Of a stretch of DNA of 64,000 bases, positions 1 to 10,326 are shown in pieces. A program made the translations under genes and the position numbers. The notes under the pieces are model-generated. The model had not been told where the DNA came from and searched no databases. It worked only from the letters and a program-made list of their open reading frames with translations. Each line of letters starts with the position of its first letter. The first letter of the stretch is position 1. Source of the DNA: an uncultured delta proteobacterium (GTDB lineage: Bacteria; Myxococcota_A; Polyangia; Polyangiales; Polyangiaceae); assembly GCA_963696385.1 (NCBI GenBank), contig CAVOKF010000005.1, positions 704,001 to 768,000 of the forward strand, read 5' to 3'.

Positions 1-1
1 C

Positions 2-385
2 CTCCGTGATGGCGCGCCACGCGGCACAAGCGCGCTCGGGCTTCTCGCTTCCGCCGTGGAGCGCGATCATGATCGGCCGCGGTTCGTGCGCGCCGAGGGG
101 CACGGAGACGACGCCGACCTTGTCCTTGCCATCGAGCAGCTCGAGCTGCTCGGGAAACCCGCCAAGCGGCGCGCGCTCGCCAGCGTCCCCGGCGGCGCGT
201 GAATCAGGCCCATCTTGCGCGTCGCTCCCGTCGCTCGCGTTGCTCGCATCGCTGACGACGAGAGGCGGCGGCAACCAATCGCCGTGCGGAATCGCCCGCT
301 CGGCCGGCGCGTGCGAAGCACAGGCAACCGCGAAGAGCACGAGTCCGATGGCGGCACCGAACTCGATCTGCTCCACGGCGAACAC
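2..385 (-). CDS. Putative lipoprotein, alpha/beta-hydrolase-like (runs off the left edge)
   Basis: Manual translation: hydrophobic leader with lipobox-like FAVAC, a DASNASDG linker, then VSVPLGAHEPRPIMIALHGG, typical of esterase N-termini. No stop inside the window. Confidence 0.55.
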   Translation of the reverse strand, partial: MFAVEQIEFGAAIGLVLFAVACASHAPAERAIPHGDWLPPPLVVSDASNASDGSDAQDGPDSRAAGDAGERAPLGGFPEQLELLDGKDKVGVVSVPLGAHEPRPIMIALHGGSEKPERACAAWRAITE

Positions 386-1305
386 GTCCTACGGCCTCTT
401 GGGGATCTTCCCTCGGATCCCCAAGAAACTCAAAGTGCATCGGGTTGCGCAACGTTGTGGCTGGAGCCGATCGCAAAACTTCTGCGGCGGATCGGTCGCG
501 CCAAACGCGATTGGCGCCTGGGTCGAGGGCCCACTCGATGTTTTATCGCCCCGCGGGACGATCCGAGGCGGCCGTAGCCTCGCAAGTCTGGCCGCGACGG
601 CGAGGTAGTCGGCTCCCGCCAACGTCGGCACGAGAGCGTTACGATGGGACCATCGTCGGCGGGAACTCCCATCGCCTACTCCTCCAGTACGTCGCGGTTT
701 TCAGCCACCTCCTCGGTCGGCGAAGGGTCGCCGAGTTGCCCGTCGCCGGGTCGAAGCCCATCGGGAATCGCGGCCGACGGCATGATCGCGCCGCGCGTCG
801 TGGCCTCGATGCCGACAACATCAGCGTCCCGTCACGTCGCGGCAAAGGGCGCCAAGCCTCGGTCCTTCCACGTATGCCAACCCTGCTTGCATATTGAACC
901 CCCGGCGCAGTTCGCGCCTGTGAGAACCGGTGAGAGCAAGGCGGAGGCCAGTGGTGCAGCCAGTACGTGTTTGCGAGAAGCGCCCAAAATTCACAGTTGG
1001 GACGTGTGCGGTTCGCACGCCCGCGCGTGCACTCGGCGTGCGCTCAGCCTCAGCGCGTCGTTTGGGGAGTGGGGAGCCTGGAACCCCTTGGATCGATTGC
1101 ACACGCGGATTGCTCGGGGGTTCTCACCCGGCGAGTGCGGTTCGCGTCCCTCACATCGAGCCCCTCGTGAGTGCCGACGACGCATCGGTCACGCACCGCG
1201 ATCCGCAGGTGTCTTTTCGGGTACCCGGCAAGGTATCCCAGCTCTTTGCCGGTGCTTCCTGAAAAGTCACGCTCGGGCTAGACACGCACCTTGCGAGGTG
1301 ACTCC

Positions 1306-2124
1306 ATGGGCACAACGGACAAGACCGCACTCGTGACCGGTGCTTCGGCGGGACTCGGCGCCGAGTTCACGAAGCTCTTTGCGGCGAACGGGCACGACGT
1401 CGTGCTCGTTGCGCGGCGACGCGACAAGCTGGAGACGCTGGCGCGCGAGATCGAAAAGCAGCACGGCGTACGCGCGACGGTCCTCGCGGAGGACCTTACC
1501 GTCGCGGGAGCAGCGGAGCGAATCGAGAAGGCGCTCGCCGACCGCGGCATCCCGATCGAGTTTCTCGTCAACAACGCCGGTTTCGCGACCACCGGGCCCT
1601 TCGCCGACGCCGATCTCGGGCGCGAGCTCGCCATGGTGACCGTCAACGTGACAACGCTCGTGCACCTGACGCGGCTGCTGCTGCCGGCCATGATTGCGCG
1701 CAAGAGCGGCCGTATCCTGAACATCGGGTCGACCGCCGGCTTTGTGCCGGGGCCGTTCATGGCGAGCTACTACGCATCGAAGGCTTTCGTGAATTCTTTC
1801 ACGCAAGCGCTTGGCTACGAGCTACGCGGAACGGGGGTGACGGCGACGGCGAGCTGCCCGGGTGCGACGGCCACGGAGTTTGCGGCCGTCGCCGGCACCG
1901 CCCGGTCGCGTCTGTTCCAGGGAGCCGTCATGGGCGCGCCCGAGGTCGCGGCGCACGCGTACCGCGCCATGATGGCTGGACACCCGATGGCCATCCCTGG
2001 AATCAAGAACAAGCTACAGATCGAGTCGCTTCGCCTCGCACCGCGGTCGATGACGATCGCCATGGCCGCGTCGCTCAATCAATCGAGCGACGGCCCCGAG
2101 ATCCCGGCGAACTCGGCGCGGTAG
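1306..2124 (+). CDS. Short-chain dehydrogenase/reductase (SDR)
   Basis: TGASAGLG nucleotide-binding motif, NNAG, and catalytic YYASK. Confidence 0.92.
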   Translation: MGTTDKTALVTGASAGLGAEFTKLFAANGHDVVLVARRRDKLETLAREIEKQHGVRATVLAEDLTVAGAAERIEKALADRGIPIEFLVNNAGFATTGPFADADLGRELAMVTVNVTTLVHLTRLLLPAMIARKSGRILNIGSTAGFVPGPFMASYYASKAFVNSFTQALGYELRGTGVTATASCPGATATEFAAVAGTARSRLFQGAVMGAPEVAAHAYRAMMAGHPMAIPGIKNKLQIESLRLAPRSMTIAMAASLNQSSDGPEIPANSAR

Positions 2125-2682
2125 CCCGCAAGGAGCTTGGGCGTCGCGACTCGTTTCGCCCTGTATCGCCTGGAAAAAAAGCACGGTATTGGCGGTGAGC
2201 CGTCGCAATAGCGAGTCCTTCTTTTTCAGAAGCGAGCTCTGCTCGGCGGGGCAAGGTTCGGGCCGTCCCGCCCAGTAAGCGCAACGCGCTGCAGGCCGGC
2301 CGTTAGCGGGCGCCGTTCAAGCGTGCCTCTGTCGGAATTCCGACGAGACCTGGCGGGCGAGCCGTAGCGGCTGGAACCATCGTTCAGATTGAGCGTCGGC
2401 ACACCCGGCGCATCCTCAACCATTCCGATCCAACGACCACGACGGCGGGCCACCGGTGGAGACGGGTGCCCCGCCGTAAATAGACGGTGACGCCGAGCCA
2501 GTGGACCGCCTCCCACTGCCCGCCGCGGGCCTCGCGCGCGTGCGTCCCTCGCCTCTTGCCGAGCTCGGTCCGCCGCCGCAGAGGCCCACATTGGTCCGTT
2601 GCACGCTGACGACGTGAGTGGGAGACTGCGACCGGATGCAGCGCCGGAAGCACGACGGCCCCGAAGCACAAGAAGTAAGGCA

Positions 2683-2781
2683 ATGAGCGCGACCCTTCCG
2701 AGCGTGTGCCTGGCCAGACACGGCGAAACCGCCTGGACGACTGCGGGCCAGCACACGGGACGTACCGACTTGCCGCTCACA
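2683..2781 (+). pseudogene. Histidine phosphatase (phosphoglycerate mutase family), N-terminal remnant
   Basis: MSATLPSVCLARHGETAW..GQHTGRTDLPLT carries the RHGET motif; similarity stops after about 33 aa. Confidence 0.8.
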
Positions 2782-2784
2782 AAG

Positions 2785-2990
2785 CGTCTGCTGCCGGTCG
2801 ACGGCGGACGCTGCGAGGAAGTACTCGCGCAGTTCGGCAAGGCTGGCGTGGACCTCGATGCTCTCGCTGCCCAGCTTCAGGACAGGGCGCCGCGGCTTTT
2901 GCCACGTCGTGGAGCGACCTCATGGCGGTCATCGCGTCCAAAAGCGCCAGGTTGGCGGGCAGCGCATCCGCGACGGCTCGCTTGGACTGA
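2785..2990 (+). pseudogene. tal: Transaldolase, C-terminal remnant (frameshifted)
   Basis: EEVLAQFGKAGVDLDALAAQLQD, then after a frameshift GAAAFATSWSDLMAVIASKS, matching the transaldolase C-terminus; directly upstream of pgi. Confidence 0.7.
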
Positions 2991-3044
2991 AACGCGTGAT
3001 AGCGACCGTCGCGAGCCAACTCGCATCGACAAAAGGGCAGGAGC

Positions 3045-4700
3045 ATGGCAGCAGAGCTACCGTTGAGAGTACGACCCGCGACGACTGTGCCGGCGTGGAA
3101 GGCACTTGCCGAGCATCACAAGGCGGTTTCGAACCTGCATTTGCGCGAACTGTTTGCGGCTGATCCCAAGCGAGGCGAGCGGTTTGCGGTCCAGGCGGAA
3201 GGTCTTTACCTCGATTACTCGAAAAACCGAGTCACCGACGACACCATGAGACTGCTTCTTCGGCTCGCCGAAGAATCGGGCTTGCGAGCGCGTATCGACG
3301 CCATGTTTCGCGGCGAAAAGATCAACGTCACGGAGAGGCGGCCGGTCTTGCACGTGGCCCTGCGCGCGCCGAGGGACGCCTCGATTCTCGTCGATGGCAA
3401 GAACGTGGTGCCCCAAGTCCACTCCGTGCTCGACAAGATGGCGGAGGTCTCGGAGAGATTGCGCAGTGGCGCGTGGAAAGGTCACACGGGCAAGCGCATT
3501 CTCAACATCGTCAATATTGGCATCGGCGGCTCCGACCTCGGGCCGGTCATGGCATACGAGGCACTCAAGCACTACTCTGACCGCGGCATGACCTTTCGGT
3601 TCGTCTCGAACGTCGACGGCACCGACTTCGCCGAGGCGGTGGCGGATCTGCGCCCGCCGGAAACGCTTTTCATCGTGTGTTCGAAGACATTCACGACGCT
3701 CGAGACCATGACCAATGCCCACACGGCGCGGGCTTGGTCACTCGCCGGCCTAGGGGGCGACGAAGGTTCGGTCGCGAAGCACTTCGTCGCGGTGTCGACG
3801 AATGCCGAGGCGGTCGCAAAGTTCGGCATCGCGGCCGACAATATGTTCGAATTCTGGGATTGGGTCGGGGGTCGCTACTCGATGGACTCGGCCATCGGCT
3901 TTTCGACGATGGTCGCAATCGGTGCGCGCAACTTTCGCTCGATGCTCGACGGCTTTCACCGGCTGGATGAGCATTTCCGGACGGCCCCGTTCGAAAGCAA
4001 CCTGCCTGTGCTTATGGGCTTACTGGCGGTCTGGTACAACGACTTTTTCGGGGCGCAGACCGCCGCCGTTCTGCCGTACGAGCAGTACCTGAAGAGGTTT
4101 CCGGCGTATCTGCAGCAGTTGACCATGGAGAGCAACGGAAAACACGTCACTCTCGATGGCGAACAAGTCAGCTGGGATACCGGCCCGATCTACTGGGGCG
4201 AGCCGGGAACGAACGGACAGCACTCGTTCTATCAGTTGATCCACCAGGGCACGCGGCTCATTCCATGTGACTTCATCGCGTTTGCTGAGCCGCTGAATCG
4301 GGTAGGAAGGCATCACGACCTGCTGCTGGCCAATGTGTTCGCTCAAGCCGAAGCGCTCGCGTTCGGTAAGACGTCCGAGCAGGTGAAGGCGGAGGGCACC
4401 GCGGACTGGCTTGTGCCGCATCGTGTTTTCGAGGGAAACCGTCCGTCCAACACGATCCTCGCCGAACGCCTTACGCCCCAAATGCTCGGCACGCTCGTGG
4501 CGCTGTACGAGCACTCGGTCTTCACGCAGGGCGTCGTCTGGAACATCGACTCGTTCGATCAGTGGGGGGTCGAGCTCGGCAAGGTGCTGGCACAACGCAT
4601 CATCGCGGAAGTCGAAGACGAGCATGCTCCCCCTCTCGAGCACGATAGCTCTACCAATACTTTGATTCGCCGTTACCGCAGTCTCAGGCGATCGTCATGA
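3045..4700 (+). CDS. pgi: Glucose-6-phosphate isomerase
   Basis: [35 protein letters not shown] and [10 protein letters not shown] motifs; 551 aa, intact. Confidence 0.97.
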   Translation: MAAELPLRVRPATTVPAWKALAEHHKAVSNLHLRELFAADPKRGERFAVQAEGLYLDYSKNRVTDDTMRLLLRLAEESGLRARIDAMFRGEKINVTERRPVLHVALRAPRDASILVDGKNVVPQVHSVLDKMAEVSERLRSGAWKGHTGKRILNIVNIGIGGSDLGPVMAYEALKHYSDRGMTFRFVSNVDGTDFAEAVADLRPPETLFIVCSKTFTTLETMTNAHTARAWSLAGLGGDEGSVAKHFVAVSTNAEAVAKFGIAADNMFEFWDWVGGRYSMDSAIGFSTMVAIGARNFRSMLDGFHRLDEHFRTAPFESNLPVLMGLLAVWYNDFFGAQTAAVLPYEQYLKRFPAYLQQLTMESNGKHVTLDGEQVSWDTGPIYWGEPGTNGQHSFYQLIHQGTRLIPCDFIAFAEPLNRVGRHHDLLLANVFAQAEALAFGKTSEQVKAEGTADWLVPHRVFEGNRPSNTILAERLTPQMLGTLVALYEHSVFTQGVVWNIDSFDQWGVELGKVLAQRIIAEVEDEHAPPLEHDSSTNTLIRRYRSLRRSS

Positions 4701-4712
4701 TGGGGCGATGGG

Positions 4713-4927
4713 CTGCAATTGGGGATGCTTGGCCTCGGCCGCATGGGCAGCAACATCGTTCGTCGACTTCTCGAACCTGACCATCCCTGCGTGGTGTTCG
4801 ACGTGTCCCCGCAAGCCGTGAAGGAGCTCTCCGACGAAGGCGCCGTGGGAGCCTCGTCGCTGGCCGACTTCACATCGCGGCTCGCGACGCCGCGGGCGTG
4901 TGGCTGATGGTTCCGGCGGCGGTCGTG
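4713..4927 (+). pseudogene. gnd: 6-phosphogluconate dehydrogenase (decarboxylating), N-terminal remnant
   Basis: QLGMLGLGRMGSNIVRRLL..HPCVVFD..GAVGASSLADF..L.TPRA, frameshift, WLMVPAAVV. The expected start codon reads CTG and the gene is truncated. Confidence 0.8.
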
Positions 4928-4949
4928 CGGTTCCCCCGATCGTCTCGGC

Positions 4950-5075
4950 GTTGGGTGTTTTTCGGAGCGACGGGCGATCTGGTCTATAAGAAGGTCTTTC
5001 CTGTACTCCAAGCGATGGTGAAGCGCGGCCACCTGGCCGTTCCGCTCGTCGGCGTGGCCAGGTCCAGATGGACAG
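4950..5075 (+). pseudogene. zwf: Glucose-6-phosphate dehydrogenase, N-terminal remnant
   Basis: VFFGATGDLVYKKVFPVLQAMVKRGHL.VP.VGVARS.W contains the GATGDL coenzyme motif. Confidence 0.82.
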
Positions 5076-5157
5076 GCGGCGCCGCACCAGGTGCCGACTG
5101 GCGCCTTTCGTTGAGAAGGTCATCAGCTCGGCATCGCCGCATACCGTGCCGATCGAC

Positions 5158-6285
5158 TTACGGGCTGAGGGGCAGAGCGACCGGCAAGACGCACGTGTTG
5201 CCCACGCATGAAGGCGCTATTTCGATAGGGCAAGAACACTCGCCAAACGTGATTCCGCTCGTGGCCTCTTCGTAGCGAGCCTGCTCGGCGGCATTCACGG
5301 GAGAACCGCCGCAGGCGCACTCCGAGCTGCAAACCTGTCCTGTAAGGATGACGATGCAGTCGGTCGCGACGACACACGATTGATCGTAGGTCGACAGATC
5401 GATGTCGACGCACAGGCCCCCGTCTGTCGCAGGGGGCGTGGTGGCCGCGTCGGCGCAACCCGCTGGCTGAGTGCTTCCAGCCGCGCAAAGCGTGCACTGA
5501 CCGGCTAGACAGCGGGCTTCTCCCTCGAAGGCGCAAGGGCAGCTCTCCAACTTCAAAGGCGCCGTATCGGACGCGAAGCGCGCGGACGCGCCCGTGTTAA
5601 CGGGCGTATCGCCGCATGAGCACTGGCCTATGCAGACTGCGCCCGATCGGACGAGCGCACAATCTTGATCGCTGCCGCAGGTGAGGTCCGAGGGGGCCGG
5701 TTCGAAATCGATGCACCGCGATCCCCCGTCGGTCGTCCCCGCGTCGACACCTGAATCGGCGGTTTTGACTTCCGAGTCCCGGTCGCCTGCTTCCTCGACG
5801 CCGCCGTCCTCGGCTCCGCCATCCTTGGCCAATGGGGTACCGGAGTCGGAGCAACCCGCCGGCTGATTCGTGATGTCCAGCCCGCAAAGCGTGCACTGAC
5901 CGGCTAGACAACGCGCTTCTCCGTCGATGGTGCAAGGGCACCTCTCCAAGTTCAAGGTCGCCGTATCGGACGCGAAGCGTGCGGCCGCGCCCGCGTTGAC
6001 GGGCGTATCGCCGCAGGCGCATCCGCCTTGGCAGACTTCCCCCGTGCGCACGACAGTGCAATCCTGGTCTTGTTCACAAACCAAGTCGGCCGCGGTGGCT
6101 TCGAAATCGACGCATGCGGAACCGCTGTCGGTCGTGCCCGCCTCGGCGCCCGAATCGGCGGATTTGGGTCCCGAGTCATTGCCGGAGGGCGATGCTGCGC
6201 TGAATGCATTGCCCCCACATCCTGCGCCAAGCCACGTCACGAAAAGGATGGGAGCGACGCGGCGAAGAGTGGCGGAGAGGGGCAT
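5158..6285 (-). CDS. Cys-rich repeat lipoprotein
   Basis: Lipobox LGAGC; three copies of a Cys-rich module (C..D.DC....G.VC...C.CG..PVN...C.C....C..G.C) joined by DSG/DAG linkers. Confidence 0.8.
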   Translation of the reverse strand: MPLSATLRRVAPILFVTWLGAGCGGNAFSAASPSGNDSGPKSADSGAEAGTTDSGSACVDFEATAADLVCEQDQDCTVVRTGEVCQGGCACGDTPVNAGAAARFASDTATLNLERCPCTIDGEARCLAGQCTLCGLDITNQPAGCSDSGTPLAKDGGAEDGGVEEAGDRDSEVKTADSGVDAGTTDGGSRCIDFEPAPSDLTCGSDQDCALVRSGAVCIGQCSCGDTPVNTGASARFASDTAPLKLESCPCAFEGEARCLAGQCTLCAAGSTQPAGCADAATTPPATDGGLCVDIDLSTYDQSCVVATDCIVILTGQVCSSECACGGSPVNAAEQARYEEATSGITFGECSCPIEIAPSCVGNTCVLPVALPLSP

Positions 6286-6300
6286 GGCTCGTGAACGGGA

Positions 6301-6315
6301 GCAAGATCAGCGCCA
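6301..6315 (-). promoter_or_regulatory. Sigma-54 (-24/-12) promoter candidate
   Basis: Minus strand TGGCGC-TGATC-TTGC with exact GG-N10-GC spacing, just upstream of the ATG at 6285. Confidence 0.55.
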
Positions 6316-6462
6316 CAACGTGGAGCGTTGGGAAAGGGCCTTTGAATCGTGGGTCCCCCCGCCGATGGCACAGTCGAAATGGCGCAACATAGGCGCGGCT
6401 GTCGCGGGACTCGCCCCCGTTGTTCCGTTCCAAGTGTCATGTCGAGTGCGACGGTTTCCCAC

Positions 6463-7848
6463 TCAGCGAACGTCGCCGATTCGGGCGGGCAGTCGCACCG
6501 CGCATCCCAGCGCGAGAAGCTGGATCGACATGAGCGACAAGAACGGGGTCAAGAACGCGCTTCCGCCGACCCCGTGCGCCGTCGCGGTGGTCACGGCGAG
6601 CGCGACGACAATCGTCGCCATCGGCCCGCCCAGCCGCTGGACGATATTCACCGCGGTCGTCGCCAGGCTCAGCTTTTCCTTCGGGACCGACGCGTAGGCC
6701 GCCGAGACAGTCGGGATCCCAATCGCGCCCTGCCCCGCGCTTCGTAGGAGCAGGCCGATCTCGACACCCGCCGTCGTGAGCCCGCGCTGCGTCATCCAGA
6801 CGAAGGGCAGCGTGCCGAGGAGCGTCAGTAAGACTCCGGCTCCGACGACCGCGCGGCACCCGAAGCGGTCCGTGACCGTGCCCATCAGCGGGTAGACGAA
6901 TATCATCGCGACGGCAGGAGGGGCGAGCAGCCAACCCACGCGCTGCGGCGACAGTCCCGTTCCTGCGATGAGGTACAGGGGAACCAGGAACTGGTTTGCG
7001 TAGAGCATGCCGTTCGAGAGGAACTGGGTGACAGCGGCGTTCGCGAACAGGCCGTTTTCGAAGAGCTGCAGATCGATGAGCGCCGACGACCGCGCTCGGC
7101 GCGCATGCACGATGAAGCCTACGAGAAGCGTCGCTCCGGCGACGAGGGGGCCGAAGCCACGGCCGCGCGCCGCCTGCTCGAGGCCGTAGAGGAGCGCGAC
7201 GAGGCCGGGGGAGAGGAGTAGAAACCCGAGGAGGTCGAAGGGCCGACGGTCCCGGGGGGGTTCGTCGCCCGGCAAGAACCACGCGGCGGCGGCCACCGCG
7301 AAGACCCCAATCGGCAGGTTCACGTAGAAGATCCAGGGCCAAGAGGCGTGCTTGAGGATCGCGCCCGCGAGGACGGGGCCCAGAATCGGCGCGATGAGGA
7401 CGGGCACGACGGCGTACCCGAACACGCGCGCCATCTGCTTGCCGGCCACGCGCGCCATCATGAGCTGAGTCAGCGGGGCGAGGAGACCCCCGGCCATCCC
7501 TTGAAGGACGCGCGCGCCGATCAGCGCGGGCATCGAGCGTGCCGCGCCACAGCCCATCGACGCCACCGTGAAGAGGGTGAAGCAGCCTAGGTAGAGCCGC
7601 TTGGCGCCGACATGCTCGACGAGCCACCCGTTGAGCGGGAGCATCAACGCGAGCGCGAGCAGGTACCCGCTCACGATCCACTGTGCGCGCTCGGTCGAGG
7701 AGTGAAGGTCGTCGCGAATGGCCGACAGCGATACGTTGACGACCGTCGAGTCGATTTGCGACATGAACGGGCCGAGGAGGACGACCGCGACCACACGCAG
7801 GACGGCCGGGTCGAGTTTCGCGTCACGGTCGGTGGCGTCAATCGTCAA
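6463..7848 (-). CDS. DHA2 (EmrB/QacA) MFS efflux transporter
   Basis: IDSTVVNVSL, WIVSGYLLA, ARVLQG, GPVLAG and WPWIFYVNLPIG motifs; many hydrophobic helices. Confidence 0.92.
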   Translation of the reverse strand: MTIDATDRDAKLDPAVLRVVAVVLLGPFMSQIDSTVVNVSLSAIRDDLHSSTERAQWIVSGYLLALALMLPLNGWLVEHVGAKRLYLGCFTLFTVASMGCGAARSMPALIGARVLQGMAGGLLAPLTQLMMARVAGKQMARVFGYAVVPVLIAPILGPVLAGAILKHASWPWIFYVNLPIGVFAVAAAAWFLPGDEPPRDRRPFDLLGFLLLSPGLVALLYGLEQAARGRGFGPLVAGATLLVGFIVHARRARSSALIDLQLFENGLFANAAVTQFLSNGMLYANQFLVPLYLIAGTGLSPQRVGWLLAPPAVAMIFVYPLMGTVTDRFGCRAVVGAGVLLTLLGTLPFVWMTQRGLTTAGVEIGLLLRSAGQGAIGIPTVSAAYASVPKEKLSLATTAVNIVQRLGGPMATIVVALAVTTATAHGVGGSAFLTPFLSLMSIQLLALGCAVRLPARIGDVR

Positions 7849-7893
7849 CAGGCGCGGTGCTCGACCGCGGGGTCAGCGACGTGGTGCGCCTCG

Positions 7894-8655
7894 TCAGGCA
7901 TGCAACGTCTCACGGTACAGCTTGTCGAGGGCGCCGTAGTGTCGCTCTGCGGCGCCGCGATCGTAGACCTCGGCGTCGTCGACCGCGTATCCGTGCTTGG
8001 CTTCGTAGTGCTCGATCTCGTAGCGGACGTGCCCTGCGTCGAGTTCGGCACGCAGCTTGGCTTCGGCCTCCGGCGGCAAGTCGCCGATCGCGGGGCCCAG
8101 ATAGAGCCGCGACTGGATGGCCTTCGCTCGCGCATGCGGACTGTCCGGTTGATCCGTCACGAGCCCCCCGGGGTGGAACGCCGCGGTCGCCGCGATCCGA
8201 TCGCCGAAGATCGTCGCCGCGCGCACGCTCGCATTTCCGCCCATGCAGTAGCCGGTCGTGCCGACCGGGCCCCGGACGTCGGGACGCACCGCGATGTGCT
8301 CGAGCACGGCGCCGATGGTCTTCTCGAGGTTCTCGTAGGCGAGCGCCGGCAGGTAGTAGTCGGCCATGAACCTTGCGCGAAGCTCGGCATCCCGAAAGAC
8401 CTTCACGAGTGCCGCGAGCGTCACCGGGCCGCCGAGCAGATCCGATATCGGTGGCGAACGGTGGAACAGATCCGGTTGGAGCACCACGTACCCCCCGTCG
8501 GCGATTCGTTCGGCGATGCGCGTCTGCGCGGGGCGCAGGCCGCCCCCGTCGAAAAACACGATGACGCCGGGCCACGGGCCGCTGCCTTTTGGAATCACGA
8601 CCTCCGTGGTGCACAGTCCGTCGGGCGTCTTTACCTGGATCTTGCTTGTGGTCAT
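7894..8655 (-). CDS. Dienelactone hydrolase family protein
   Basis: GYVVLQPDLF, nucleophile motif GYCMGG, and C-terminal Y.AKHGYAV; start taken at MTTSKIQV. Confidence 0.9.
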   Translation of the reverse strand: MTTSKIQVKTPDGLCTTEVVIPKGSGPWPGVIVFFDGGGLRPAQTRIAERIADGGYVVLQPDLFHRSPPISDLLGGPVTLAALVKVFRDAELRARFMADYYLPALAYENLEKTIGAVLEHIAVRPDVRGPVGTTGYCMGGNASVRAATIFGDRIAATAAFHPGGLVTDQPDSPHARAKAIQSRLYLGPAIGDLPPEAEAKLRAELDAGHVRYEIEHYEAKHGYAVDDAEVYDRGAAERHYGALDKLYRETLHA

Positions 8656-8975
8656 GGAAACCCGTGGCACGGCTCGACCTTGGAGCCGATTCGCAGGTTG
8701 CATCCTGACACGTAGGGCGCTCAGACGGGAAGCACAACTAGAATAGTCCCGTCGCGCCGGGTCACTTCCGGCGCGTCCGACGCATCGTCGGCTGGAGTCG
8801 CCGGCGGGCCGCAACAGGATCGAATCAGGAGACAGCCTGCGCCGGCACAAGGACGAGACCTTCTTCGCCGTCGAGGTCGAGGACATGCAGCGGGCCGTCG
8901 CGGACGAAATCGAAAACGGAAAACTCATGGCCATGCGCTTGAGCGTGGGCTACGGAGCAGAAGAGGACCCGCGCC

Positions 8976-9718
8976 ATGGAAACCAGGCGAATTCGCAAGG
9001 TCGTCAAAGCTCGTGCGACGGTGGAGGGGGCTGGGGTCCATCTGCATCGCGCGATCGGCCTCGAGAACCCGAGGAGTACGACCCCTTTCTCTTGCTCGAC
9101 GACTTCCGCTCCGATGTTCCCGAGCAATATCGGCGAGGCTTTCCGTGGCACCCGCATCGGGGAATGGAGACGATTACCTACGTCCTTCGCGGACGAGTCG
9201 AGAACGGCGACAGCCTGGGCCACCACGGCGTGATCTCGCCGGGAGACGTGCAATGGATGAGCGCCGGCAGTGGCATCCTCCACCAAGAAATGCCCCAGAG
9301 CGATGAGAGCGGCGCGATGTACGGCTTCCAGCTCTGGACGAACCTGCCCGCCGCGAACAAGATGTCGGAGCCGCGCTATCGCGGGATCGACAGCGCCGAG
9401 ATTCTGGAGGTGACCGACGCGAGCGGCGCGACGATCCGAATCGTCGCCGGCGTCGCCAACGGCGTGACGGGGCCCGTACGCGATGTCGTCACCCACCCCG
9501 AGTACCTCGACGTCAGGGTGCCTGCGGGCAAGACGTTCACGCGTGCGACCCCGCGTGGAGACACCGTCTTCGCCTACGTGATCGGGGGACAAGGCGGTCT
9601 TCAACCACCAAGACGATCCGTATACGTACGAAGCGGAAGGCCGCCCGGCCACGCCCTTCCGCGGAGCGCCGTATCGGACGCGACCTGGGCGAAGATCGTT
9701 CGGGCCGTGGCAAGCTGA
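8976..9718 (+). pseudogene. Pirin family protein, frameshifted near 9070 and C-terminally truncated
   Basis: TVEGAGVHLHRAIG lies in one frame; DPFLLLDDF, FPWHPHRGMETITY, VQWMSAGSGILHQE and FQLWTNLP lie in another; similarity ends after FAYVIGG. Confidence 0.85.
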
Positions 9719-9840
9719 AGGTCGACCCCGACGGGTAGGCCTTCGAGAACTCAAACGCCCCTCACACATTCTCGGCTCCAGCAAAGCGAGTGGGGGTTGC
9801 CGTTAGGCCCACGACGCGCCGTAGGACCCCGGATCCGAGG

Positions 9841-10101
9841 TCAAATGATGAAAGCTCTGCGCGTCACGGCATCGGAGCACGCATCGAACACGATCCCGCA
9901 GTGGACGCAGCGGAACTCCACCCGGGAAGGCACCGACGTCCCTCCCCAAAGGGCGTAGAGCGTCCCGAGAAACGTGTACTGACGCTCGGGCGTCGCCGCG
10001 CGGTGCGTGCGGTTCGTTCCGCACGGGCAGGTGGGAAGCGCCGGCGGTGGAACCGGGGGCGCCGTGGTCTCGAGCGTCGGGCGTTGGTTTTCACGAAGCA
10101 T
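9841..10101 (-). CDS. Small Zn-ribbon-like protein (86 aa)
   Basis: AAGGAG RBS; CPC and CVHC pairs flank a hydrophobic segment; divergent from the sigma-54 activator. Confidence 0.6.
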   Translation of the reverse strand: MLRENQRPTLETTAPPVPPPALPTCPCGTNRTHRAATPERQYTFLGTLYALWGGTSVPSRVEFRCVHCGIVFDACSDAVTRRAFII

Positions 10102-10326
10102 GTCGGTCTCCTTGGCTGGGCCGGCGGAAGAGCCATGGCTGCCTGCCAGCCGCTCGGCCGCTTTTCGCAAGACGGGTGCCGGAGACGAGTCGACCGGGTT
10201 TCTGGCGCATTGTCGGCTCGATCGCGGTTGTGAGGCCGCCGATCGCCCGAGAGCACCACGACCCACCGCCGCGACCCTTCGCGGGCCCGCGACCGGTCGT
10301 GGCGTGGTACATGTCCGGCGTTTCCC

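Noticed and set aside
10203..10217. Sigma-54 promoter in the activator's intergenic region
   Set aside because: TGGCGC-N5-CGGC has a poor -12 element and points toward the activator itself.
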